Translations under genes and position numbers: made by a program
Assembly: GCA_004764695.1 (NCBI GenBank)
Contig: SMSO01000033.1
Coordinates: 124,001 to 188,000, forward strand
Reading direction: 5' to 3'
Length of the DNA: 64,000 nucleotides
DNA from: Schizochytrium sp. TIO01
Lineage: Eukaryota > Protista > Bigyra: Labyrinthulomycetes
Notes under the pieces: model-generated
What the model was told of the DNA's origin: nothing
The model's input: the letters and a program-made list of their open reading frames with translations, nothing else
Database searches by the model: none
Shown: piece after piece, positions 22,804-33,302 of the stretch
Layout: each line of letters opens with the position of its first letter
How positions within the stretch are numbered: position 1 is the first letter of the stretch

Positions 22804-25707
22804 GTTGAGGTCGAAGAGTCCGAGGACGAGGCAAGCGCGGCAAACGAGGCTCTTAGCAATGCTCAAATTGACCTCCACAACGAAGGACAACGCGAAGTCC
22901 AGGTCATCCACGAAGCTACGACGCTCAGTCCGAGAAGCGTAGTTCTCCGCTGGTCACGATTAGTTCTAGGAGCGAAAGCAGCCCTTGCCCCGCCTTGGAA
23001 TTGTGGTATCTGCACGTTTGAGAACCAAGGCGCCTCAGTAGAATGCGAAATGTGCAGCGCCTCGAAAGACGAAGCTCTGCCTTTAAAGAAGAGAAACAGC
23101 CAGGGAGATGATGATAATGAAGAAGAAGAAGAAGAAGAAGAAGATCCACAGTCGAAGACTCGCACAATTGTAGAATACCAGGTGAAGTTTCATCGCGAAA
23201 AAAGGACGTTCACAAGCTGGAGACACTCAGAGCTCACCTCAGAGCATGAGATTATCATCGACGGTCTCGAACCGAACACCTTGTACAAAGGCATTCTTAA
23301 GTATCGTACTCAAGAAGTGACAGCAGAGGGTAATCCCGGTGAGAAGAAGTCAAAGCCTTCGAGTTGGGTGGACGTTGACGAACCCATTTATTTCAAAACA
23401 TTCTCCACAGATGAAGCCCTCAGGCTTGAGAATCTAGAGAGAGTTGAGCAATTTCTTCAAGGTAATCTACAACCATATCCAGAAGATGAAGCTCGGCCCG
23501 ACGGTGTTGCAGACAAGGTCTCCCGTGCGGGAAGTACACTCCTTCAAGCTTCTGGTGTGGTTGGGTTCGGAGGTATCTATGCGAAACTTGCCCGAAGTGC
23601 CATGGCTCTGCACCGGTCTGGGCTAGCGGGCATTATTTTCCGAGAGGATATCCAGCAAATGGTGGTCATGCTAGCCTCCAATGTCGGTCGAGTTGCTAAA
23701 GAATTTGACCTTTCTCGTATGGAAATCACGGCAGGATGCTATTACATGCTATGGGAACACAAGCGCGAGCGTCTTCTCCGCCCAGACATGGAAAAACATG
23801 AGCACGCTATGGAACAACTTGGTGTTCTTCAGGATGAAGCTGATCTCTCCCTCCTTGATGAAGTTGCATATTACTATGGCTTTAGTCAATTGTCCTACAG
23901 AGATACACCATCTCAAGTACAGTGGGTATTGAGAAATTACCCCCACCGCGATGGCTCCTTTCAGCTCGTAGCATGCCGATCAACAAGTGAAAAATTTCGC
24001 CCTGCATTTGCTCTCATGGCTTCAGCACAAGATAAAGAAGCTGTCCTCAGCGTGCGTGGAACCCATGGACCGGATGATGTTCTCACTGATATGCATTTTG
24101 ACTACGAGGAAGCCAAATTTCGTTTTCATGCAGATCAAGCCTACCGCGTGCATGCAGGCATGCTACGTGCTGCAAGATGGATGCTAAAAGGAGATTCAAA
24201 GGGGTATATGCGTGAGCATAAAATGTCTGAGCATCATGACACCGACCTTGCTGAGGACGCTGGCGGTGGCCTTGGACTTGCACTTGCTCAACTTCACCAA
24301 CAGGGCTACAAAATATCATTCACAGGTCACTCCCTTGGTGCTGGAGTTGCTACACTTCTTGCTTTACTTGTTGCCGATGACATCCCTGACATTCGAATTA
24401 ACGTATATGGTTTTGGATCGCCTGCATGTGTTGACGAACCTCTCGCTGAGGCTTGCAAGGGACGATTTCAAGAGCCTTATGGTACCATTGAAGCTGAGCC
24501 AATCCCGCGTCTTGGGTCTCGTGTGACAGTGCACAACTTTGTGTTTCGAGATGATGTCGTGTCCCGACTTAGCCTTTTCAATGCACGTAAATTTGTAGCT
24601 GAAATCAAGAATCGAAAGGCCCACTGGGCCCCGCTTTTGCAAGAAGATAAGGGTGCAATCACATCTCGGGCCTTCTCTCTGTGGGCACCTCAGCAACGTG
24701 GTCACTACGCTGGAGCTGAGGCTCGTGCTGCTGCAAAGGCAATTCAGGCAGAAGCTGAGGCCAACAATCAGGCTGACAGTAATATTTCTAGCGAAGATGC
24801 TGAGGAGGAGGAAGTTCAGATTGTAGAAGATACGAAAAAGGACGACTCAACTTCTTCGTCAAGTGCTTCAAAGGCCAAAAGTGCTGCATCGTCTATGCTT
24901 GGACTCGCTTCAAAGGTTGTTAGTCGTATTTCTCAAGGACGCAAAGCCCCTCAAACTGCAGCAGAACACATTCAGGCAACAGCGGATGTAGTTGGTCAAG
25001 TTGAACAGGAAAAGGAACGTCAACAGAGCTTAGAGCGTGCTCCAAGTAGCCAAACAGTCTATGATGACGGCTCTACATCCGAAAAATTGGAAGTCTCCCA
25101 CCAAACCGATATGCATGATGCAAAAGTTGCTGAAAACACCAGACTAGGAGAGGCGATGGATGTAGACAGTGATCATGTCGACTCAGCTACTGAAACTACT
25201 GAAGAGAAGGAGAGAAAGGAACCCACGTTCGATCATGCTGACCGTATGGTTATTCCAGGTGTGATTCTGCATGCATATACCTGGAGGGGCGCAGAACTCC
25301 TCTCATTGGTTGATTACCGTTTTGAGGGCCTTCGCCGCTTGGGAGCATCCCAATCTCTCATTTCAGATCATCGCAATGCAAGGCTTCCTGAGGCGTTCCG
25401 AAACGTGCGAGCAGCGCGCAAATTGGGTAAGGATTTTGCACCTCCAATGTGGCAATCGATTGAAGACCACCTTGCTCGCGGGCTTTATGTAAAATGTTCT
25501 GTGTGTCATTACTTTGTTGGTTGGCACCACACTGGTGATTCTCAAGCAGTTGAGGTGCGTGCAGCCAAACACTGTCGTGCATGCGGCCTTCTAGTCTGCG
25601 GTCGATGCTCCAAGCACAAGGCTCCACTGCCTCAACATGGCATGCTTTACCCTGTGCGTATTTGTGATATATGCTATACCACCCAACAACTCGGTGACAG
25701 CATTTAA
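22786..25707 (+). CDS. Class-3 (DAG-lipase-like) lipase with RanBP2-type zinc finger, FN3-like domain and C-terminal FYVE-like finger
   Basis: RanBP2 ZnF WNCGICTFEN...CEMC; FN3-like TTLSPRSVVLRW...GLEPNTLYK; lipase_3 motifs VLSVRGT, VHAGM, GHSLG (24325-24339), YGFGSP, DDVVSRL; FYVE-like CSVC...KHCRACGLLVCGRCS...VRICDIC; Kozak-like gccaccATGg. Confidence 0.9.
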   Translation: MAYKEVVEVEESEDEASAANEALSNAQIDLHNEGQREVQVIHEATTLSPRSVVLRWSRLVLGAKAALAPPWNCGICTFENQGASVECEMCSASKDEALPLKKRNSQGDDDNEEEEEEEEDPQSKTRTIVEYQVKFHREKRTFTSWRHSELTSEHEIIIDGLEPNTLYKGILKYRTQEVTAEGNPGEKKSKPSSWVDVDEPIYFKTFSTDEALRLENLERVEQFLQGNLQPYPEDEARPDGVADKVSRAGSTLLQASGVVGFGGIYAKLARSAMALHRSGLAGIIFREDIQQMVVMLASNVGRVAKEFDLSRMEITAGCYYMLWEHKRERLLRPDMEKHEHAMEQLGVLQDEADLSLLDEVAYYYGFSQLSYRDTPSQVQWVLRNYPHRDGSFQLVACRSTSEKFRPAFALMASAQDKEAVLSVRGTHGPDDVLTDMHFDYEEAKFRFHADQAYRVHAGMLRAARWMLKGDSKGYMREHKMSEHHDTDLAEDAGGGLGLALAQLHQQGYKISFTGHSLGAGVATLLALLVADDIPDIRINVYGFGSPACVDEPLAEACKGRFQEPYGTIEAEPIPRLGSRVTVHNFVFRDDVVSRLSLFNARKFVAEIKNRKAHWAPLLQEDKGAITSRAFSLWAPQQRGHYAGAEARAAAKAIQAEAEANNQADSNISSEDAEEEEVQIVEDTKKDDSTSSSSASKAKSAASSMLGLASKVVSRISQGRKAPQTAAEHIQATADVVGQVEQEKERQQSLERAPSSQTVYDDGSTSEKLEVSHQTDMHDAKVAENTRLGEAMDVDSDHVDSATETTEEKERKEPTFDHADRMVIPGVILHAYTWRGAELLSLVDYRFEGLRRLGASQSLISDHRNARLPEAFRNVRAARKLGKDFAPPMWQSIEDHLARGLYVKCSVCHYFVGWHHTGDSQAVEVRAAKHCRACGLLVCGRCSKHKAPLPQHGMLYPVRICDICYTTQQLGDSI

Positions 25708-26312
25708 TGCTTGTGTCTATTTAGGCTTCAAGTTCTCTGCACTAGATGGCCACAATTGAAACAATATGAATTTTCGCACCCAAAGGGTCTCGTAGCGTAA
25801 ACCGGGTGCTATTAGTAAGCCAATTTACTCTTGTACTTAAACTATCATATTAAATCGAATATTTCAACAGTTTTGCTATTTGTAGTTTCAATCAGCTGCC
25901 TTAGATAGGTAGGTAGGTACCTACTCTCAGACTTTAAAATATTTAAATTAATAAGGAACCAATTTCAACTCTAGTGCGGGCAAGAATAAGCTAAGCTTGC
26001 AGAAAAGAAATTCGCCTTGGAGGGCAAACCAAGCCGCCTCGCCTGCTCTGCTCTCGGGTTTATACCTAGTAGTTGGTATCAACCAATCTAAGATGAACTG
26101 CATAAGTTATTTGCACTGACTCTGGGACAATAAGTGACTCCTAGCTACTACATACAAGTACCTACTATTGGTCTAAGACCTATCGATTGATCAATCTATA
26201 GTATTAAACTAGCTTAAGGTGTCTAACAAAAGGTACGTAGTACTACTCTAGCTAGTTTGAAGAAATGCTCTTCGACTCGTCCCAGTTCTACATCTCAAAC
26301 AAATAGCACATA

Positions 26313-27851
26313 ATGACAGTGCTGCTCCTTGTCTCGCTATTGTCGCTCTTACATTTTCCGCCAAGGGGCTCCCTTCATGGAATGTTGACGCCATTCTCGC
26401 TCTTGCCCCTCTTGGCCATAAGCTTGATGACCGACGTTCGAGGAGTCGAACATGCAGGTTTCAAGGTTCAAGTTCGCGTGGGCAACGCTGACGGAGGAAA
26501 CTCAAGCGTGGCCGTCATTGATAACGAAGAGGCTGGCGTGAGGCTACTTCGTTATGGAGACAGCATCTTAGGCGGCCAATTCCTATCTCAAGAGTGGCAG
26601 GAGCTCTCACCATTCACAGCTTTCGTGACCATGGGGATACTGGCGACTCGAGTAGCAGCAAACCAAGGAGGAAACCGCTCACAGGCTGCAATGCTACAGC
26701 TAGGACTTGGCGTAGGCAGTGTACCTCAATTTGCCAAAATGCGAGGGGCCTATGGGATCGTAGATGCCGTAGAAAACAGCACTGTCGTTGCGAAGTTGGC
26801 GTGCGAACAATTTAGCTACAATGCCGGCCGCATCTTCTTCGCTGATGCTCACGAGTTTATTCAGAGACATAGATCCGGGCTAATGGAAGCAAGACAACCT
26901 GGGCAGTTTCAAGATCGAGAATTTCTGCATACTGTCAAGGGGGGAGCTGAGCTGAGTCAGCGCGACGAAATTGAATTCGGCGCTCGAGGAACCCAGGAAG
27001 CGACAACGTTCGAAGGTACACAGCTCGAATTTACGGCGCTAGACCCCAACGAAGGATGTTCTGTCACGACATCTCTTGCGCCGAGGCGACGTTACGAACT
27101 GATTGCGCAAGACTTGTACATGGGCTGGAACCCTCTTCATATGCTACGAAAAGAGGTCTTCCGCACAATCCGCCGTGAATGGCTCCACCCTGAGCGTGGA
27201 GTATACTTAGTGAACTTTGTTTCCATCTTTCGCGGCCCTCGTAGCGCTTTTTTTCGAGCGGTGGTTCACACTTTACAATATGAGTTTGCTCACGTTATCT
27301 GCTTCCGAGATGCGCCACCCTCGCATGAGGCCACCCTTCCCGCGAACCACATGTGTTTAGCCTCTCAGAATGCGAGTTTGATAGATATGGGTCCTGTTTT
27401 GCCCGCAAGACGCGCGGTGCCATTGTCCTCTCTGGACCTCGCTTCCATTGCCGACTACGTTACTCACTGGCGCATTTTTCCTGCTGTTGCAGCTTGTTCA
27501 GAAGACGATGCGTTGCACTTGAATTCCGAAGATCTCTGTAGCGACCCCTACGTCTCCGCCACGTCGTCCTCGCCTTTCTCATTCGCACCAGATACTTGTC
27601 CTTCTCCTTCGCACTCGAGCGTCCCGCATTTATTCGCTGCATATGCTGTTCCACCAAATCTTCGCATCGGAGCGCTCAACAACCAAGAAAACCCTCAAAT
27701 GTGCCCCTCGCCGCTGCTGGAGCCTCTGTTGCTACACGCCCAACTCTCTCCAAGCGCCTTATCTCTGTACTTTGGCGAGGCCCTCGATTTCACACACTCT
27801 GCAATGCGCCGCCAAATCCACCCCATGCTCCCCGAATCCCTCTGGGCTTGA
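26313..27851 (+). CDS. Spermidine-synthase-like class I SAM-dependent methyltransferase-fold protein with hydrophobic N-terminus
   Basis: Motif I LQLGLGVGS, VDAVE, DAHEFI, YELIAQDLY, and FRTIRREWLHPERGVYLVNF. Confidence 0.75.
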   Translation: MTVLLLVSLLSLLHFPPRGSLHGMLTPFSLLPLLAISLMTDVRGVEHAGFKVQVRVGNADGGNSSVAVIDNEEAGVRLLRYGDSILGGQFLSQEWQELSPFTAFVTMGILATRVAANQGGNRSQAAMLQLGLGVGSVPQFAKMRGAYGIVDAVENSTVVAKLACEQFSYNAGRIFFADAHEFIQRHRSGLMEARQPGQFQDREFLHTVKGGAELSQRDEIEFGARGTQEATTFEGTQLEFTALDPNEGCSVTTSLAPRRRYELIAQDLYMGWNPLHMLRKEVFRTIRREWLHPERGVYLVNFVSIFRGPRSAFFRAVVHTLQYEFAHVICFRDAPPSHEATLPANHMCLASQNASLIDMGPVLPARRAVPLSSLDLASIADYVTHWRIFPAVAACSEDDALHLNSEDLCSDPYVSATSSSPFSFAPDTCPSPSHSSVPHLFAAYAVPPNLRIGALNNQENPQMCPSPLLEPLLLHAQLSPSALSLYFGEALDFTHSAMRRQIHPMLPESLWA

Positions 27852-28535
27852 ACCGTGACGGGCCACCCTCATTAAATACCCTCACGCGCGTTGGTGCCAA
27901 CGGTGCGTACCTACTTTTGTTTATCCATTGCGAGGCCATTACCCCTCTACTCCACGCCTGGCTTTCTTGCCTGGAAAAAAACCAAAACCGGCCTGCTGCA
28001 TCCTCTCCAGAGTTTGCTCCTCAATTGCAATTCATCCCACCCCCACCGCAAGCGATGCGTGGCAGGCAGGCAAGCAAGCAAACAAGCGATTTCAGGTGCG
28101 AGGGCGCCCAGCTTGAGCGGACTTAGTAGCAGCAGCTCCTGCGATGCCCGAAACCCACTGCCTATCTGCTGCCACTGCCAAGCTGTACGGCGTCTACTTC
28201 AGTAGTCGCGAAAATAGCGATTGATAATCTATGGCTCTAAACTCAGGTCACCTGCGACTGCTGCCACCCCAAGATTCGAAACTTGGAACCTCGGCTGCAC
28301 GCGCTGGCCGGGAAGGACTGAAATGATGAAAGACCGCTGCCTACTGCCGCCTAGCGGAGACCTAGTGCGGCCAGTCAATTCGCCGCCACCAGCGCATCTT
28401 GTAGAGCAGCGAACCTCACGACCTGAAGGAGCTCTGTAGATCACGTGTTTACGTGGTGGAAACTAACAAGCACTCTCACTAGTCAGAGGCTGCTCTTATC
28501 CATGGACCGAACAATCAATCTTTGCTTGTTTGCTT

Positions 28536-28625
28536 GCTTGCTTGCCGCCTAGCTTGGCTTGCTTGCTTGCCGCCTAGCTTGGATTGCTTGCTTGCCGCCT
28601 AGCTTGGATTGCTTGCGGCCTAGCT
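28536..28625. repeat. Minisatellite, 25-bp unit, about 3.5 copies
   Basis: Unit gcttgcttgccgcctagcttgg(a/c)tt starts at 28536, 28561, 28586, with a partial copy at 28611. Confidence 0.9.
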
Positions 28626-29249
28626 AGCTAGCTTGCTTGTTTGGGTAAAACTCAAGTTAAAACACAACGTCGCGTATAGGCCTAGTTGATGCAAATAGAG
28701 CACTGACTGGAAACAGCTAAAATACATGAAGCTGGTTGCCATGTTTAGCAGAAGTTGATGGGGTGGAGAACTCGTCGAACTAATCTCCTACAACAACCAG
28801 AGGCTGCCCGAGTCCCTCACAGAATTTTGGGAGAACGCGGGGAAGAGATAGGCTCTTATGAAGTTGAGGTCATCATGAAGGGTGTTTGTTTATGAAAATG
28901 TCAGGAAGAAGCTGCTAGAGGTAGTAGGAATCGAATGAAAGTGGCGCACTGAGTCACTTAGAGGTGTGTTATATTTTTTTAAGGGGTGAAGTCGGGCTTT
29001 TGGAACTAGGAACTGAATATAGGAATTATGAAGACAAAGTGTTGCTTCCGAGTAGAACCAAGGTATAATAGTAGTGTTCCCTTTTAAGCATTTCAGGGCC
29101 GATGAAGGCGACCAAAGCTCTTGGACACCACGCTGCGACGGCAAGCTATCGGGGCGCAGAACAAGACAAGCTTGACTACTGAAAACCGGACGGATCGCAT
29201 TGGCATTTTCACATTTGGTTTCTTTTCACTTCAGAGGTGTTTTGGCTAG

Positions 29250-31451
29250 ATGCGGGAAAGCCGCCCCATGAGGGTCAGCCGCGATGGCGTGGATGCGATG
29301 CTCCTCCGCGTTCTGACAGCGTCCACCCTGGCAGGAGATAATGCCTCAAGAACGTCTGCTGCAGCGTCTTCGGCAGTCGTGTATACTTCTCTAGAGCAGC
29401 CAGGAGCTGCGGAGGAAGTACTCATGCGCGAAGGTCTTGCTCTTGACGGAGCTCACGCGGTGCATTTGGCGTCAAAGTGGAGACAACAAAACGCTGAAGC
29501 ATTGCAAAATCAGACATCATTTGGACGTGAAGATCAATCCCAAGAAGAAAGAAAAACCTCAGGGCATAGTACAAGTGTACAAATGAAACAACGGCAACGG
29601 CGTCGTAGGCGGCAGCAACAACAGGAGCCGCAAGATGAAGACTCCTCCGGGACTGATGATGAAGAAGAGAAAGACAACGAGGAAGAATATCTGGAGGCCA
29701 TCAGCTCCCATAAATTACCTAAACTTTTGGCAACGGCAAGAAAGCATGTCGCGAAACTCTTCCCTGGTCTGCAGGCTTTGAGTGAAGCAAAGGCATCGAT
29801 TTCTAGTCCACTTGCACATGGTGATACCGTTGAATTGTGCGCCAGCGGTGTTTGGATGACCCGCGCGAGTCATTCAGCAAACATTTTTAATGGGTTTCGT
29901 CGTCTCTTTGACTCTGATTTCTGCTTGCAAAAAAATGCGTCGCAAGCCACTGCTTGCACATTCCGTATTCGCAAATTGTATCAGCCTGATGTCCCAATTC
30001 ATTTTGGCGACACTATTGAGCTGGTACCAGAGGGGGCAGCTCTTGCATCTGGGTACACCCTTCGGGTCAAGCTGGTTTGCGCAGGTCGATATGGTCCAAT
30101 TTACCACATGGATCATGTTTTTCTCGTCGGTGTCTCAGCACCGACAGATGCACCCACGTGGACACTCGTCGCAGCACAATCTGCTCGCTTGCAAGGCGTG
30201 CGCGCTCTAAAACGTATCGACATCGTTAACTCGAAAGGTGAAGCTAGAATGTACTCTTCCCCAACTTGTTTTACAATCCACAAGCATGGTGAACCTGTTG
30301 TGACACCCGTGCCAGGAGACAAGAACTCTGCATCCATGGACGTAAGTGTTTTAGTTTATAATGCTTGGATGATGCCACAAATCTGGAACTCGCTTCCATT
30401 ATTTCAATGCGTCGGCGTCCCTTTTTCGCCAGGCAACCGCTTTCGTGCTAAGCAGGCACCCAGGGCTTTGCTCAAAGAACTTACCAAGAGCAAGGGATCT
30501 GCCTCCCCATCTAGGGCTTCTACCCGTAAGATGTCACACATGCCAGGACATGAAGAAGACAATGAGTTTCCCGACGTAGTCATTCTTTGTGAAGCCTTTT
30601 CCGAACGCGCTGGCTCACTTCTTAAAGCTGGTTTGAAACGCGAGTTTGGGCTTGTCTTTGAAACCCCAACAGGCGGAAGTGATCCGTTTGTAGAGTCAGG
30701 TGCTCTAATCAATAGCGGAGTATGTGTTCTCTCCCGCTACCCCATCGTGCAAGCTGACTTCCATTCATACCGTAAGTCGTGGGGTGGCCGCAGTCGGTTC
30801 ACAAATAAAGGTGTATTTTATGTACGCATTGAAAAGAACGGTCGACCTGTTAATGTTCTTGCATCCCACCTCGAGGCTTGGGACTCACCCACGGCTGTGA
30901 CAGCACGAGAGAAACAGTTTTTTTCAATTCAAAGAATTATTCAGTCTCTTAATTTGGCGAAAAACGAACCAGTCATTATTGCCGGCAACATGAATATTTG
31001 CCGTGTACAAGACGCCGATCAGTATGATCATATGTTAGACATTCTTAATGCGAAAGATCCTTCGGAATCGGAGCACAAACAATCATACTCCAAAAATAAG
31101 AAGGCTATTCCAAAGAACAGTGTCTTTCTTGGAAAACCCAGCAATTTACTAGAATCAAAATCTCAATCTAAAACTCTCTATAAAAGTGCGGTCAAGCCCC
31201 ACCGACCCAGCTCAGCCACCACAGCTTTACAAGCGTACAGCTTTGATGTTGTTGAGAATATCATGGAAGAAGACCCAGCCAGCTTTGGTCGCTTAAACCA
31301 TTGCCTCTTTTCTGCAGCTCACAGCGTCCCCAAGAGTGCCCAATCTACACTTTTGCGTTCTATGTCTACGAATCGTTACTCCCATGCTGAGAAACACAAA
31401 CGCCACACAATCTCTGATCATTATCCGGTTCTCACTCGCTTTCAATTCTAA
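29250..31451 (+). CDS. Exo/endonuclease/phosphatase (EEP) family sphingomyelinase-like protein with long N-terminal extension
   Basis: EEP/SMase motifs in order: LVYNAW, DVVILCEAF, NSGVCVLSRYPI, NKG, SHLEA, IIAGNMN, RLNH, SDHYPV. Confidence 0.85.
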   Translation: MRESRPMRVSRDGVDAMLLRVLTASTLAGDNASRTSAAASSAVVYTSLEQPGAAEEVLMREGLALDGAHAVHLASKWRQQNAEALQNQTSFGREDQSQEERKTSGHSTSVQMKQRQRRRRRQQQQEPQDEDSSGTDDEEEKDNEEEYLEAISSHKLPKLLATARKHVAKLFPGLQALSEAKASISSPLAHGDTVELCASGVWMTRASHSANIFNGFRRLFDSDFCLQKNASQATACTFRIRKLYQPDVPIHFGDTIELVPEGAALASGYTLRVKLVCAGRYGPIYHMDHVFLVGVSAPTDAPTWTLVAAQSARLQGVRALKRIDIVNSKGEARMYSSPTCFTIHKHGEPVVTPVPGDKNSASMDVSVLVYNAWMMPQIWNSLPLFQCVGVPFSPGNRFRAKQAPRALLKELTKSKGSASPSRASTRKMSHMPGHEEDNEFPDVVILCEAFSERAGSLLKAGLKREFGLVFETPTGGSDPFVESGALINSGVCVLSRYPIVQADFHSYRKSWGGRSRFTNKGVFYVRIEKNGRPVNVLASHLEAWDSPTAVTAREKQFFSIQRIIQSLNLAKNEPVIIAGNMNICRVQDADQYDHMLDILNAKDPSESEHKQSYSKNKKAIPKNSVFLGKPSNLLESKSQSKTLYKSAVKPHRPSSATTALQAYSFDVVENIMEEDPASFGRLNHCLFSAAHSVPKSAQSTLLRSMSTNRYSHAEKHKRHTISDHYPVLTRFQF

Positions 31452-31805
31452 AGCGCAGCCTGATTTTGCATCGCAAAAAGATCCTACTTAAAGGAGTTCT
31501 TATTTCATAACCCTCTTTTTTCCAGAGAAGATAAGCAGAAACAGTGACTTCGAGAGTTCTATCCAAAAAGAACAACCAGCTGATTCACATACATACCATC
31601 CATGACAGATTGCAAAAATCTGCTGCTTTTCTTGCCTTTATTTTTCATCGTACCAGTAGCTATTATCCTGAAACCTCCTTTTCTGTATTTGACTGAACAA
31701 TATTTTTTTTTAAATAGAATATTTGAAATGTTGCAAAGCAAGGGAAAACGTTGATCTTTAAAGCTTACGTTAAATTTTCCTCTAGTCTGATTTGCGCTAT
31801 CAGTT

Positions 31806-33302
31806 TTACATGTCATCATAAAAGGAGCCAGTTGCTGCTGTTTTTCGGGCGCGTTTTGAAAGGTGAGAAATGCTTGCAGAGGACTGGCCCTTCTTGTTTT
31901 TCGTCTTGATTTTGGTAAAGTCTCCAACATTAGCCTTTTGTTTCGGATTTTTCCCAGATGCCTTATCATCGTCACCGTCACTATCATCATCGTCATCATC
32001 ATCACTGTCATCTTTCTTGCTGACTTTCTGATTATCATCATCTGCTCCATCGTCATCGTCATCATCGTCATCGCCATCGGAGTCTTCATCATCACTCTTT
32101 GCACCAGATTTTCTCTTGGTGGCGCTTCCAGACTTGACAACGGTCTTTGGTTTGGTGTCATCATCATCATCATCGTCATCGTCACTGTCATCGTCACTGT
32201 CATCTTCGTCATCTTCATCATCACTACCCTCGAGGAAGACTGATGCATCCCAAAAGCGGACGATTTCATCGTGGGAAGAGCTTGCAATGGCCATGCGGTC
32301 GTGCGTCCACGAAAGCCTCTCAATCGGAAAGTCCATGTGATCTCCCAGAACACCCACCAGTTTGTGAGGGTAAATGGTTAGTACACGCATCATGCCATCA
32401 CTAGAACCTGTAATAATCGTGGAGTCATCAACTCCGAGAATGCAGTCAATACTCTCCGGGTGACCAGGGTAGCGGTCAGAGACATCACCCCATGCACCCC
32501 ATGACCAGAAGCTCAAAACTCCCTCTTGGGTACCCGCTACGAGCTTGCTTCCACCTCGCACGACTTGCAAGGACAAGATGTCGTCGTCCTGTGGTACAGA
32601 CCTGTCCTTAAGCTTAAGCTTGCGAAAAGCCATTTTCAGGTCGTATACACCAAGCGTACTGTCTCCACTTGCTGTGACGAGCGTCTTGCGTCGTCCATCC
32701 ACGACCATGTCAGAAATGTAATCCTCATGGTCTTTGACTGTCGAGAGGGCTGCTTTCGAGGATGCCTGACGCAGATCCCAAATTTTAATCTCACCTTCCT
32801 CGTCTCCTGACACAAAAAGATCGTCACGCTCCAGACTGTGCACAGAGTTTACGGCAGCCCCGTGAGCCTGATCAGCAGTCCAAAAGACCTTTCCATTTGC
32901 CACATCCCAGGCCTTGAGGTCCTTCGAAACGCCACCAGTCACTAGCACGGATGCAGTTTGTCCAGAACTAGAACTCGAGCTTGAGCCAGGGCTTGCGTTT
33001 GAGCTAAAACATGCCACGCGGCACGCGTCTTTGTGAGCTCCCTTGAAGACATTCACCCGTCGCGAGTCTTCTTTCGAGTTTCGGGAGGCCTTTTGGGGTT
33101 TCTTTGATTTCTTGCCATTATCATCATCGTCGATAGCTTCAATTTTCTCGTCACTAGCATCAAGCTCGGCCTGAATTTCAGAGTTGTATCGCCAAAATTC
33201 AACGCTTCCGTCCACAAGACCAGTCACAGCAAGGTCCTCATGAGGGTGCAGCGCAAGACCCATTACTGTGGCGCCGCAACGCAGACTCTTTGGTGCAGGC
33301 AT
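31806..33302 (-). CDS. WDR55: WD-repeat protein 55 (WDR55/Jip5, nucleolar rRNA processing) with acidic tail
   Basis: WD40 repeats with family-like strings LHP, HKDACR, SGDEEGEIKIWDLR, HEDYISD, DRYPGHPESID, TGSSDGMMR, GDH..FPIE, SSSHDE.V.FWD; D-rich tail ending in FYDDM. Confidence 0.88.
   Translation of the reverse strand: MPAPKSLRCGATVMGLALHPHEDLAVTGLVDGSVEFWRYNSEIQAELDASDEKIEAIDDDDNGKKSKKPQKASRNSKEDSRRVNVFKGAHKDACRVACFSSNASPGSSSSSSSGQTASVLVTGGVSKDLKAWDVANGKVFWTADQAHGAAVNSVHSLERDDLFVSGDEEGEIKIWDLRQASSKAALSTVKDHEDYISDMVVDGRRKTLVTASGDSTLGVYDLKMAFRKLKLKDRSVPQDDDILSLQVVRGGSKLVAGTQEGVLSFWSWGAWGDVSDRYPGHPESIDCILGVDDSTIITGSSDGMMRVLTIYPHKLVGVLGDHMDFPIERLSWTHDRMAIASSSHDEIVRFWDASVFLEGSDDEDDEDDSDDDSDDDDDDDDDTKPKTVVKSGSATKRKSGAKSDDEDSDGDDDDDDDDGADDDNQKVSKKDDSDDDDDDDSDGDDDKASGKNPKQKANVGDFTKIKTKNKKGQSSASISHLSKRARKTAATGSFYDDM

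Noticed and set aside
28536-28625. 25-bp repeats as a possible CRISPR array
   Set aside because: Units are contiguous with no unique spacers, there are no cas genes, and the context is eukaryotic.
31559-32353. 264-aa alternative-frame ORF overlapping WDR55
   Set aside because: It is a shadow of the GAT/GAC acidic-tail repeat (poly M/T), and the frame is explained by WDR55.
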